Below, one piece after another: positions 1 to 11,861 of a stretch of DNA of 64,000 nt. Positions within the stretch are counted from its first letter, which is position 1. Every line of letters starts with the position of its first letter. This DNA comes from Octopus sinensis (taxonomy: Eukaryota). The notes under the pieces are model-generated. The model was not told the origin of the DNA. It saw only the letters and a list, made by a program, of their open reading frames with translations, and did no database searches. A program made the translations under genes and the position numbers. The stretch spans positions 35,464,001-35,528,000 of the forward strand of contig NC_043007.1 of assembly GCF_006345805.1 (NCBI RefSeq), in the 5' to 3' direction.

Positions 1-2
1 GG

Positions 3-710
3 GGAACCCGAGTTGCTCCAGTAATTGCGAACCTTGTAATGGGTTATCTGGAGCTTAAAATATATCAGTCATCACTATAGAAATATGGCAATATAGAAAT
101 ATGCTGTTTAAAGGAGAACTGGAAGAGGTATTTGGACGATTGCTTTATACTTTGGAAAGACAGCATGGACAAACTCCTCGATTTCAAAATAATGCTTAAC
201 AATATTAATAGCAACATACAATTCCCCATGGAGCACAGCAGTAAACAACTCCCCTTTCTTGACAACCTTATTAAAATAGTCAATAACCACATCGAAACAG
301 ACATCTATAAACCCACAGATTCTAAACAATACCTATTATTCAACTCATGCCACCCCAAACACATAAAAATAAATATACTTTATAATCTAGCGAAAATAAT
401 CTGTACCATAGTTTCGGACACCTATACTCGTGAACGAAGACTCCTTGAACTCAGATCAATACTAATCAAAAGACATTACTCTATATCATTAATGAATGAA
501 GGCATTAAACGAGCTAAGGAAATAGATATACGAACATTAAGGGAAGTCAGCCGAAATATTACACCAGACTTAAAAATACTCCCATGCATCTTCACACATT
601 ACCCTAGAAATAACGAAGCCTTCAACATTATCACCAAAAGTCTACCCATCCTCAGTGGAGATAAAACAATGAACAAAATTTTAGGCTCACACAAAATTAT
701 CAAAAGCATT
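3..710 (+). pseudogene. Penelope-like element (PLE) reverse transcriptase fragment, RT motifs 4-7 plus C-terminal extension
   Basis: Frame 3 reads GTRVAPVIANLVMGYLE...(stop at 78-80)...WKRYLDDCFILW...QLPFLD...TDIYKPTDSKQYLLFNSCHPKHIK...ICTIVSD, typical PLE RT motifs. No GIY-YIG domain reached; truncated at about 710. Confidence 0.85.
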
Positions 711-729
711 ATGTTGAAAAGAAAAGAAT

Positions 730-915
730 ATACGACATTCGAGCAACAGAAAACTATTGTAGTATATAAAGTGTTTCTTGATAACCGGAACCCAACGTAT
801 AGTGGTCAACTGAATTAAGTAAAGTCTCGAAGAAGTTATAAATGGTGTACCCCCAAGGCACTGTATTGAGCCCACATTTCTTCATAATTTACATAAACGA
901 CATCTCTGATGCTGT
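730..915 (+). pseudogene. CR1/L2-type LINE RT fragment, frameshifted
   Basis: With two +1 frameshifts reads FLDNRN-QRIVVN...VINGVP-QGTVLSPHFFIIYINDISD, the GVPQGSVLGP-LF-IYINDI motif. Confidence 0.75.
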
Positions 916-916
916 T

Positions 917-1085
917 ATTTGTTTCAATCATTAGACTGCAGCCATGCTGGGGTACCTCGCTTCGAAGAATTTTAGTCGAACGAATCGAGTTCAGCACTTA
1001 ATTTTTTAAAGTCTGGTAGATATTCTATCAGTCTTTTCTGCCGAACCGCTAAATTATGCTGACCTAAACACACCAACACGGACAC
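917..1085 (-). mobile_element. SINE family C, 3' half
   Basis: Matches 3911-4080 and the reverse complement of 9960-10150 (gccgaaccgctaa, gactgcagccatgctgg). Confidence 0.75.
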
Positions 1086-1189
1086 ACACACACACACGCA
1101 TACACACACGTGCGTGTGCGTGCTCACACACATACACTTGCACGTATGCATATAATATACATATATATATATATATATATAAATAATAT

Positions 1190-1452
1190 AAGTAAAATAT
1201 AAATATATGCATATATATACATACATATATGTACATACCTACATATATATGTGTATATACATGTATATATGGATACAGGACATCAAAAAACGTTGAACAC
1301 AATGAGAAACGAAAACATAAAAACAAAAACATAGAAACGAGCTTATTTTCGAACAACGAAAAAAAAAAACAAACAGAGAAACTAGACATACAACATAAAG
1401 AATATTCCCCATCTTCAGTTGTCCCTGTTTCATCTACTCCACATTTCGAAGG
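1190..1452 (-). mobile_element. PLE-like terminal-repeat remnant
   Basis: Homologous to 17441-17700 and, inverted, to 33380-33548; abuts (TA)n. PLE assignment is inference. Confidence 0.5.
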
Positions 1453-1453
1453 C

Positions 1454-1510
<57 letters not shown>

Positions 1511-1644
1511 TATAATATATATGAGACCAAAGTGTACGTACGCCGCTATATATATATATATCTTAGAAGGTTTGGAGATGATGTACATGTATTTTATATT
1601 AGAAGAAATGAGGTACTCAGAAATTCGGATGGTTTTATATATAC

Positions 1645-1790
1645 ACATACATATTCACCAACCAAATCCATTCACAAGGCTTTGGTTAGTCCGAAGCTAG
1701 ATTAGAAGTCACTTCCCCCAAGGTATCACGCAGTGGGACTGAACCCGGAACCATGCGGTTGGGAAGCAAACTTCTTACCACACAACCACA
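1645..1790 (-). mobile_element. SINE family C, 5' half (tRNA-like head, CORE-like ccttggg..aagtg.ctt)
   Basis: Near-identical to 4170-4313 and 18520-18685. Confidence 0.85.
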
Positions 1791-2349
1791 CCAAAATAGA
1801 ATTTTTGCGGCTGCCTCAATGGGGTGAATCATAAACCGGATAAAATTCCAGTCTGCCTCACATATAATTCAGTGGACGAAACGAAGCCTTATGCTACGAA
1901 AGGAAGGGAATGTAATTAACCTGTCATGTCCACTTCCTCCACTGCAACTTCTCGTGGCTTTTAACAGCGACAGAGACATAGCAGCAATAGTTTTGAACAG
2001 CTGGAGAACCCATATCAGCAATAGAAATGATATGGTTCACAGGATGAATTATTAGATCATTAGAACATTGTGCCCCAAATATCCATACGTAATAATTCTT
2101 CTATTCTCTAGCTTTGTGTTCCAAATATCCAAATGTAATAACTCATCAATTCTCTAGTTAATACGTAGTACATCCAAACAAACCAGGCAGCTAGATGAAC
2201 GGAAACTGCAATACTTAGTACTTACCACACATATATTTTTACTGATTAGTTCATGTAACAAAGAAATGGTTGAGCATGTTGAATATAAACCATTTAGTAA
2301 ATAGATTAAGCAGGTCAAAAGGAATTGCACTTTTATCAGTAATATCTCT

Positions 2350-2432
<83 letters not shown>

Positions 2433-2719
2433 GCATATATATAGTATGTATGTATTATATATTTATATATATGCATGCATATATATATATTATATATACA
2501 TAGTACATATATATTATATGTATATGTGTATATAAATATATGTGTGTATGCATATAATATATATACATATTATGTATGTATATATATTCATATATATGCC
2601 ATGCATATATATATATATACATAGTACATATATATTTATATGTATATGTGTATATACATATATGTGTGTATGCATATATATTATATACATATATGTGTGA
2701 TGCATATATATATATATAA

Positions 2720-2751
<32 letters not shown>

Positions 2752-2866
2752 CACACACATATATATACACACACATATATATACACACACCATATATATA
2801 TATACATATATATAACACCACACATACATATACATAGTACATATAATTTATATGTAATATGTATAT

Positions 2867-2920
<54 letters not shown>
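2350..2920. repeat. Compound (TA)n/(CA)n/(TG)n microsatellite
   Basis: Directly visible. Confidence 0.95.
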
Positions 2921-2921
<1 letters not shown>

Positions 2922-3390
2922 ACGAATGGAGAAAGACGGCTGATATAATGATATATTCAAATGGAAAAATAGTAGAAAAGATGGTTGGTATTTATTCATA
3001 AAGGAGGAGGATAGTTTATTTCACTTCAGAATAACTTTATATTATTTGTGAATAATTATATTCAAATTGAGATGAGATAGATGAGAGAAGGCAATTTCAA
3101 AAATATATAATATCAAATAAAATTCAAAATCAGGTGTGATATTAAATGATCTATGGAGGAAAACTAAAGTACAACTTGTACCTTGAGGAGAGGCTATATA
3201 TCATTACCTCCAAATCTAACATATTTAACAAAGACGATAAATTTATTGTTATACTGTACACGTTTTTGAAGAATTTTCGAAATATTCCATAATGAATATT
3301 ATAATGATTAGCACTAAATAATAATATAATAGGGTGGTGGGTCTGCTTTTTGGGTGGGTTCAGTACATTATGCTAATATAACTTGCATAA

Positions 3391-3785
3391 TCTTTATATA
3401 TAAAAGTCAAGTTGTGTGTCTGTCTCCTACGATTTAGAATTTTAACTACTCCCACATTTTGCGGTGCAGTTTAACCAAAACCGGGTATCTTATAGTCGTG
3501 ATTCATATCGAGCCCTTCTGGGTATTAGCGCGCGTCTACGATGAGTCTACGATTAAAAAAAAATTACCATAATTTTTTTCCATTTTTAATGCATTTTTTC
3601 GCTATTATATAAGGGAAGAACTCTCTAAAAATGTCTACGATGAGTCAACGATTTAAAAAAAAATTACCATAATTTTTTTCCATTTTTAATGCATTTTTTT
3701 TGCTATCTTTTGGCTATAACTCTCTAAAAATGCTTATATAGTTATTTCCCTTACAAACCCGAGCAACGCCGGGCGATACTGCTAG
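3391..3785 (+). mobile_element. Non-autonomous Helitron
   Basis: 5' A|TC start (tctttatatataaaag), 3' hairpin cccgagcaacgccggg then CTAG at 3782-3785, internal ~100-bp duplication; 3' end shared with 58280-58393. Confidence 0.85.
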
Positions 3786-3910
3786 ATTGGTATAAATAAG
3801 TAAATCGTTTTTGAATGAAATTTTTGAATTATTTTTCTTTGTAATTAATACTTTCTAATTATGTTTTTTGTTATTTTTAAAATTTATGTTTTAGTCTTTT
3901 AATTCTTTAA

Positions 3911-4313
3911 TTCTTTTATTTGTTGCAGCTATGCTGAAGCACCGCCTTTAGTCGAGCAAATCGACACCAGGACTTATTCTTTGTAAGCCTAGTACTTATT
4001 CTATCGGTCTCTTTTACCGAACCCTAAGTTACGGGGACGTAAATACACCAGCATCGGTTGTCAAGCGATGTTGGGGGGGGGGGACAAACACAGACACACA
4101 TACATATACACACACGTACATACATATATATATATGTACAGACATATATACGACGGGCTTCTTTCAGTTTCCGTCTACCAAATCTACTCACAAGGCTTTG
4201 GTCGGCCTGAGGCTATAGTAGAAGACACTCGCCCAAGGTGCCACGCTGTGGGACTGAACCCGGAACAATGTGGCTGGTAAGCAAGCTACTTACCACACAG
4301 CCACTCCTACGCC
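3911..4313 (-). mobile_element. SINE family C, full length with internal microsatellite
   Basis: Reverse complement gives a tRNA-like head, CORE-like ggcaccttgggcgagtgtcttctactatagcc, a (TA)/(TG) spacer, and the tail shared with 9780-10155. Confidence 0.9.
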
Positions 4314-5271
4314 TATAATTTTTAAGTTTTGAATTTTAATTTTTGATATACTTTTAATATTTCCATCATTTAATTATTTTATTTTTTTAGATAATCACGT
4401 TTTACATAATTATTTTTAATATCTTTTAATGTTTTATATTGTTTAAATAGAATTTTAAAAAATTTCACCTTTAATCGTTTACTTCTAATTTTTTCAATTT
4501 GTTCAACTTTTTAAAAAACTTTTACATAAAATATGCTTCATAAGATTAACGTATGACATACTAGATCATCTAATTAAATAACAAGTATATGTTAGAGTAG
4601 AGTTGCTTTATCTGATCTAACTTACTTTAATTTGGAATTTAATTATTCACAATAATATATAGTGTTCTAACGGGAAATAGAATGTTTTCCTTAATAAATA
4701 CGGTCTTTTCTAATATTTTTTCTTTCGAATTCTCATTAATTCAGCCAGTTTTCCTCTATTCGTTGGACATACATACATACATACATACATACATACATAC
4801 ATACATACATACATACATACATACATACATACATGCATTTTACTCTTTATCTTATATTAAACTTTTAATACTTTTTGATAGTTAAAAAAAATAGAAAAAT
4901 AAATAAATATAAAAATATAAAAATATAGAAATATAAAAATTTTAAAAAATATTTTAAAAATAAATAATTAAATAAAACAATAATAAAAATGTATATTTAT
5001 AATTTTAAGTTTAAATTATTAATTTAAATAATTAAAAAAAATTTTAACTTTAATTTAAATATTTTGTTTTTTTTAATGGTTTTTATATTTTATATTTTAT
5101 ATTTTTATATATTTTTAATTAATTTTATTTCTATGTATGGCTTATGATTTCACTGTATGATTTGCCTAATATGGTTTATCTCTAATTATAATATATATAC
5201 AATATATATATACATATAAACATACATATACATACATATATACATACATACGCACATACATACATACATGC

Positions 5272-5347
<76 letters not shown>

Positions 5348-5404
5348 AATACATATACATGTATTATATACATACATACGTACATACATACATACATACA
5401 TAAA

Positions 5405-5640
5405 TCTATTATATAAAATCCGTTCTATCTGTCTGTGTGTGTGTCTTCTAGGATCTCGGGCATCCGCCATCCGATTGCGCTCAAATTTGATATGTAGACA
5501 CCGACGGTATCAGGGCGTATATAAGTCGTAAAAAATTACAAAAATCGATTCCAGGTAAGAATGCGATCGATAAAGCATTCTTTGGAATAGAAAAAAGTCT
5601 ATCTTTATTTCTTCTTTTGCTGGTATCTCAAATTTAGGTT
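5405..5640 (+). mobile_element. Helitron 5' fragment
   Basis: A|TCTATTATATAAAA followed by gtctgtctgtgtgtgt, the same 5' architecture as 52533; no 3' CTAG hairpin seen. Confidence 0.55.
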
Positions 5641-5644
5641 AAAT

Positions 5645-5745
5645 CAGTGTTTCTCAAAGGGGTGGCCTATGGGACGGTCGGACAAGTTGTTTTGAGAAAA
5701 TTTGGTTCAAATGTCTGACAACTCAGTACCGTCCATTGGACGATA
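5645..5745 (+). mobile_element. hAT-like MITE, one end only
   Basis: Starts cagtgtttctcaa, resembling the hAT terminus at 40225-40238; no partner TIR. Confidence 0.4.
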
Positions 5746-5749
5746 TATA

Positions 5750-5813
<64 letters not shown>

Positions 5814-5819
5814 GAGACG

Positions 5820-6009
5820 CCATGATAGAAAGTTAGCCTCTACACACATTTTTCTCTCCTTGTTTCTCTCTTTGTTTTTTCTGTGTCCCTTTCTGTAGAA
5901 GAGCGTAAGCTCGAAATGTAAAAGACTTTTTCTATTCCTGAGTGTTATACTAATACATCTTTTTTTGTACACCACATGTCTTCGTCTGTTTTTTTTCGTA
6001 AATTCTCCC

Positions 6010-6013
<4 letters not shown>
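5820..6013 (+). mobile_element. PLE-like terminal repeat with degenerate minimal hammerhead (5889-5926)
   Basis: cttt-CTGTAGA-a-GAGC-gtaa-GCTC-GAAAT-GTA-aaag; ends in (TA)n like 34600-34880. Confidence 0.6.
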
Positions 6014-6068
<55 letters not shown>

Positions 6069-6185
6069 ATAATGTTACTATTTTAGACTAGCAGATATAA
6101 GTCGATTAGTATGTTTAAGTGTTGAATAGGGCACTGGCACAGTTTAGGCTACCTGTTGTCATACCTATAGTCATGTATGTATGCA

Positions 6186-6216
<31 letters not shown>

Positions 6217-6369
6217 ATGTATGTCTGTATGTCTGTATGTATGTATGTATGTATGTATGTATGAATATATGCATATGTATGTTTTGTGTGTGTGTGTGTG
6301 TGTGTGTGTGTTGTGTGTATGTGTGTGTGTGTGTGTATGTGTGTGTGTGTGTGTACATACATACATCTC

Positions 6370-6660
6370 ATACTTAGTGATTAGGGTGTTGCGCTCGCGA
6401 TCGCTAGATCGTAATTTCAATTTCTAGACAGGGTGGTGCGTTGCGCTCTTGAGCAAAACACTTCACCTCACGTTGCTCTTCAATCATTTCGGCACCTGAC
6501 GCGTGGTACACAGTTACACTTGCTCACACAATGCCGATTTGGTGGAGAGAGTGAGCTAACGTGCGGCACTAACATTTGATCTCTAGAAACAAATCATTTG
6601 TGCAGGTCGTTCGGCAAAAAATGTTCATACGTCGTCTTCGATGGGAGAGTCCATCATATA
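6370..6660 (+). mobile_element. SINE family D, diverged (tRNA head plus CORE-like domain)
   Basis: agtgattagggtgttg...cttgagcaaaacacttcacctcacgttgctc, similar to 7034-7297. Confidence 0.6.
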
Positions 6661-6829
6661 CCGTATTTTAACGTGTATAAGGAACCCTTTTTTGTTCTTT
6701 TTCAAAAATTAGTATAAAGGAAAATATGAGAGTTTCTTATATATGGATAATATTATAATCCCTTTAAAATCTTTTTCCAAATTTTAAGCCCCCCAAAATA
6801 GGGGATTCCTTATACACGTTAAAATACGG
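6661..6829. mobile_element. Tc1/mariner-superfamily (pogo-like) MITE
   Basis: Perfect 24-bp TIRs ccgtattttaacgtgtataaggaa with TA on both flanks (6659-60, 6830-31). Confidence 0.9.
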
Positions 6830-7033
6830 TATATTCTGTTATGTACTTCAGTCCTAAGGCTGTGGCTATGCTGGGGCACCGCCAGTCTAACACACACACA
6901 CACACACACACATTGAGAGATATTGCTGATAAAATTACAATTCTTTTTGACCTGCTTAATCTATTTACTAAATAAGTATATTTCAGACATATTCAACCAT
7001 CTCTTTGTATTTGAACTGGTCAGTAGAAATATA

Positions 7034-7297
7034 AAATAAAATAAATAAATGCGCCCTTTTTAAAGCCTAGCCAGGCTCATGGGCCCATTTTCCCGGTTTC
7101 TATGGTGTATGTGTTCCCAGTTGGACGGGACGCCAGTCCATCGCAGCGTTACTCATTTTTGCCAGCTGAGTGGACTGGAGCAACGTGAAATGAAGCGCTT
7201 TGCTCAAGAACAAAAACGCGTCGCCCAGTCCAGGAATCGAAGCCAGAATTTACGATCATGATGCTGACACCCTAACCACTAAGCCACGCACCTCCAC
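7034..7297 (-). mobile_element. SINE family D (D head, tail 2), full length
   Basis: tRNA-like A and B boxes on the minus strand; 14-bp TSD tcagtagaaatata (7020-7033, 7298-7311). Confidence 0.9.
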
Positions 7298-7648
7298 TCA
7301 GTAGAAATATAGACGTACTAAAAACTTTGTACTACAGTTTGCATTCATTATCTGCCTGGTTTGTTTGGATGAGCTACATATTAAATTGCAGTTCTATAAT
7401 GATATGATAAGTATGAATCCCAGGTAGGTCCACAAAGAATATCTTCCTGCCCCATAGACTAGTGAAATGGTCAAACATAAGGATGAGATAAGTCAAATTT
7501 ATTATTTACTCCCTTGCGATAGTGAGCCGAATGTCTTAACGACTAAGCAGCTTCTCACTTCCTAGATATGCAGAAGTAATCGAAACAAACTGTATCAGAA
7601 TTGATCTCGTGATCCACGAGACAGCTAGGTGGAAACGAAACTACACCT

Positions 7649-8038
7649 GCGAGCTGGCAGAAACGTTGGCACGCCGGGCCAAATGCGTAGCCGTATTTCG
7701 TCTGCCGTTACGTTCTGAGTTCAAATTCCGCGAGGTTGTTCTGTGGGTCGATAAATTAAGTACCAGTTACGCACTGGGTCGATATAATCGACTTATCCGT
7801 TGTCTGTCAGTTGTCCCCTCTGTGTTTAGCCTCTGGTTGTAGTAACGAAATAGGTATTTCGTCTGCCGCTACGTCTGATTTCAAATTCCGCCGAGGTCGA
7901 CTTGCCTTTCATCCTTTCGGGGTCGATTAAATAAGTATCAGTAACGCACTGGGGTCGATATAATCGACTTAATCCGTTTGCCTGTCCTTGTTTGTCCCCT
8001 CTGTGTGTAGCCCCTTGTGGGCAGTAAAAAAATAAGAA
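7649..8038 (+). mobile_element. SINE family A dimer
   Basis: Head gcgagctggcagaaacgttggcacg, then two body units joined by gaaatag|gtatttcgtctgccg. Confidence 0.9.
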
Positions 8039-8373
8039 ACTACAACTGTGTATTTGAATCCACAGCCGATAACCTAGTGGGCCGAGGACAATATAAGATA
8101 ACGGGTTTACACGATATTTGAATTCACGACCTACGAGACGTCTGCACGTCAAGTACGCTAAAGTGGCCTGGCCCAGAGACACCAACACCAGGTACGAACT
8201 TGCAACCTCCGTAACCTCTGTTCATCAACAGCAGAGTAAATACAGGCAAAGCGGAATAGAGTTATTTGTACTCCAGAACTACATTTGTCCATCTGCTCTT
8301 CGTAATAAAATATATTACTGCAAATGTAATATATTATTGAGCTAGAGGTTACATTAGGAAACGCTACATAATT

Positions 8374-8415
<42 letters not shown>

Positions 8416-8718
8416 GAGGAGCTGTAGTAATAGTCTGTATACATATAATTAAGGTGATAAAGAGTAAACCACGGAGTAATACAAACAAGTGTAATATATT
8501 ACATTATTGTAAATATAATATTATTACATTACTGCAAACGTAATATATATGAAATTGTTGCAAATGTAATAACTTTGACAGTCAAATACACTATATATTT
8601 ATCTAAAACAAAAATATATATAAATCTGCCGCAGTTAACAGTTTGTTCTAAAACCAGTTACTGGTATTTCGTATGTAATTCACGGCTAAGACACTTAACT
8701 CTGAAATACGTAATGTGT

Positions 8719-9135
8719 ATTGGAGGGCGGCGAGCTGGCAGAATCGTTAGCACGCCTGGCGAAATGCGTAGCCGGATTTCGTCTGCCGTTACGTTCTGAG
8801 ATCATATTCATCCGAGATCGACTTTGCCTTTCATCCTTTCGGGGTCGATTAAATAAGCATCATTTACGCACTGGGGGGTCGATGTAATCGTCTTAATCCG
8901 TTTGTCTGTCTTTGTTTGTCCTCTCTGTGTTTAGCCCCTTGTTGTAGTAAAGAAATAGGAATTTCGTCTGCCGCTACGTTCTGGGTTCTAATTCAGCCGA
9001 GGTTGACTTTGCCTTTCATCCTTTCGGGGTCGAATAAATAAGTATCAGTTACGCACTGGGGTCGATATAATCGACTTAATCCGTTTGTCTGTCCTTGTCT
9101 GTCCTTTCTGTGTTTAACCCCTTGTGGGTAGTAAA
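8719..9135 (+). mobile_element. SINE family A dimer with a single TSD
   Basis: 16-bp TSD gaaatacgtaatgtgt (8703-8718, 9136-9151) flanks the whole dimer. Confidence 0.9.
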
Positions 9136-9779
9136 GAAATACGTAATGTGTTAGGGTGGAATAGAAGCTTTTATTGTAAGAAGTGCTGACACAGTGGAAA
9201 TGGCGCATGTATTTTTCGTTTGCAGAGTAGAGTGCTGTTTACATTGTAGACACATAGTTAAGAAGTTTGCTTCGCACCAACGAAGTTTCGGGTTCGGTCA
9301 CACTGCAGAACAATTCGTGCAAGTTGCACCGGGCTGACCATTGCCCTTTGAGTGAATTTGGGTGGCGAAAACTGTGTGGAAGCCATTCATATATTTGTGC
9401 GCTGGTCTTACTGTTTGTTGTTTTACTACCGCATAATAATCGGTGTCGAAAACATAGCGGTTCCAAAATTGATCGATAGAATAATTACTGGGACTGATTC
9501 GGTCGTCTAAACCTTTCACAACAATGCTCCAACATGGCCACAATCCAGTGATTGACACAAATAAATGAATAAAAGAATAAGAATATATACATAACAGATA
9601 CATACATCCATAAATACTTATATACGTATATTTATATGTGTGTGTGTGTGTGTGTGGAGTGTGTGAATATGTATCTATATATATATATATATATGAGTGT
9701 GTATATACGTGAGTGTATATATATATGTGTGTGTGTGTGTGTGAGTATGTGCGTGTGTGTGTGTGTAGCAATAGCCATC

Positions 9780-10155
9780 TATGTATCTTGCTTACCAACC
9801 ACATGGTTCCGGGTTCAGTCCCACTGCGTGGCACTTAGGGCAAGTATCTTCTACTATAGCCTCGGGCCGACCAAAGCCTTCTGAATGGATTTGGTAGACG
9901 GAAACTGAAAGAAGCTCGTCGTATATATGTATATGTATAAATGTGTGTGTGTGTCTGTGTTTGTCCCCCTAACATCGCTTGACAACCGATGCTGTTTTGT
10001 TCACGTCCCCGTAACCTGGCGCTTCGGTAAAAGAGACCAATAGAATAAGTACTAGGCTTACAAAGAATAAGTCCTGGGGTCGATTTGCTCGACTAAAGGC
10101 GGTACTCCAGTATGGCCGCAATCAAATGACTGAAACAAGTAAAAGTAAAAGAATG
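9780..10155 (+). mobile_element. SINE family C
   Basis: Reverse complement of 3911-4313 at high identity. Confidence 0.9.
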
Positions 10156-10229
10156 TATATACATCATTGACAGGCAAATTACTACGGTTTTCGTACGAGC
10201 TAAAATTTCGTCTGGACGTACTGTTTAGA

Positions 10230-10277
10230 AACACAGTATGTGTGTATGCGTGTGTGCGTGTGTGTGTGTGTGGTGTG

Positions 10278-10311
<34 letters not shown>

Positions 10312-10433
10312 GTGGTGTATTTGTGTGTGAGTGTGTGTGTGGTTTTGTGTGTTCGTGTGTGTGGTGTGTGGGTGTGTTGTGTGTGTGTGTGTGTGTTGGT
10401 TGTGTGTGTGTGGTGTATGTATGTGTGGTGGTA

Positions 10434-10467
<34 letters not shown>

Positions 10468-10528
10468 TGTGTGTGTGTATGGTGTGTGTGTATGTGTGGT
10501 GTGTGTGTATTTGTGTGTGTGTGTTTTG

Positions 10529-10566
<38 letters not shown>

Positions 10567-10567
10567 T

Positions 10568-10602
<35 letters not shown>

Positions 10603-10615
10603 GTGTGTGTGGTGC
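10230..10615. repeat. Interrupted (TG)n microsatellite
   Basis: Directly visible. Confidence 0.95.
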
Positions 10616-10910
10616 GCGTAAAAATATATCTGAAGGAAACGAAAAATTATCCAGGCAGTTGCTACCAAGAAGACCAGATGCATTTCAGCCCCTTTCAGCC
10701 TTGGTAATGAGACGAAGTTTGTCGCCTCCGATATAAGAAACAGTGAAAAAAAAATACTCATGCCATTGTGAATATTTGGCGTACGCAATTAAAGTATAAT
10801 TAAATTAAAATTGCCAAGAGATCATATCTCGGGAGAAGACCGCAGTAATTTGCCTCTCATTGGTGTATGGTACGTAGACAGCTTAATCACTCAGTCTGAC
10901 ATCTGGAATG

Positions 10911-11262
10911 GAAGCACTCCGTCGGTTACGACGACGAGGGTTCCGGTTGATCCGATCAACGGAACAGCCTGCTCGTGAAATTAACGTGTAAGTGGCTGAG
11001 CACTCTACAGACACGTGTACCCTTAACGTAGTTCTCGGGGATATTCAGCATGACACAGAAAGTGACAAGGCCGGCCCTTTGAAATACAGGTACAACAGAA
11101 ACAGGAAGTAAGAGTGAGAGAAAGTTGTGGTGAAAGAGTAGCAGGGAACACCAACCTGCGGAGTCGTGCTAGGTGCGCTCTAACACTCAAACCGGTTGGG
11201 AATCGACCGCATCCTACGACCGCGAGTCCGCTGCCCTAACCACTGGGCCATTGCGCCTCCAC
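10911..11262 (-). mobile_element. SINE family B (B head, tail 1)
   Basis: Head gtggaggcgcaatggcccagtggttagggcagcggactcgcgg on minus; matches 19891-20273 and 15644-16043. Confidence 0.9.
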
Positions 11263-11861
11263 ATCTACAGCTCAAGAGACTCCCCTTATACATACACAAA
11301 AAAGCCCTTCATTCACACACCACATTGATTTCAGGCAACTTTACAGCAATTTAGAGTAGATAGACAATTCAAAGATGACAACCCTAAAGGAGTGCAAAAA
11401 ACTCGTAAAAATTAATCTACGCAATACGTATGGAAAAGTACGGAATGTTTCCAGCTTCATAAGTTAAAGGTAGTTGTAGTAATCTATAAATGTTTTCTTA
11501 TAATTAGTTATATTTGACTTATAGGATTTATATTTCTATGGACATGTGCAGACATGTTATATACAAGCTGTACACCATAAGTCTGTTTGATAATGTTCCA
11601 TTTTGTGTAGTGATTTTAATGGTAAATAAAATATATCATTATTGATGTTAAATTCATTTAATCCTGCTATATTCCGAGTTAAAATCTCATCAGATGTGGA
11701 AAGAAGAAATGCGAAAAAAATTTTTATAAATGTTACTCAGAAGAAAAGAGAAGGGAAACAAATGCTGACACAGATTTAAGAAATTGATGCATAACAAATG
11801 TTCTACAGCAATAGATTAGCGAAGACATTTGCAGTAATGTATCCGAGATAAACGTGATTTT

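Noticed and set aside
4880-5135. AT-rich palindromic MITE
   Set aside because: The apparent symmetry is explained by A-rich then T-rich low complexity; no defined TIR or TSD.
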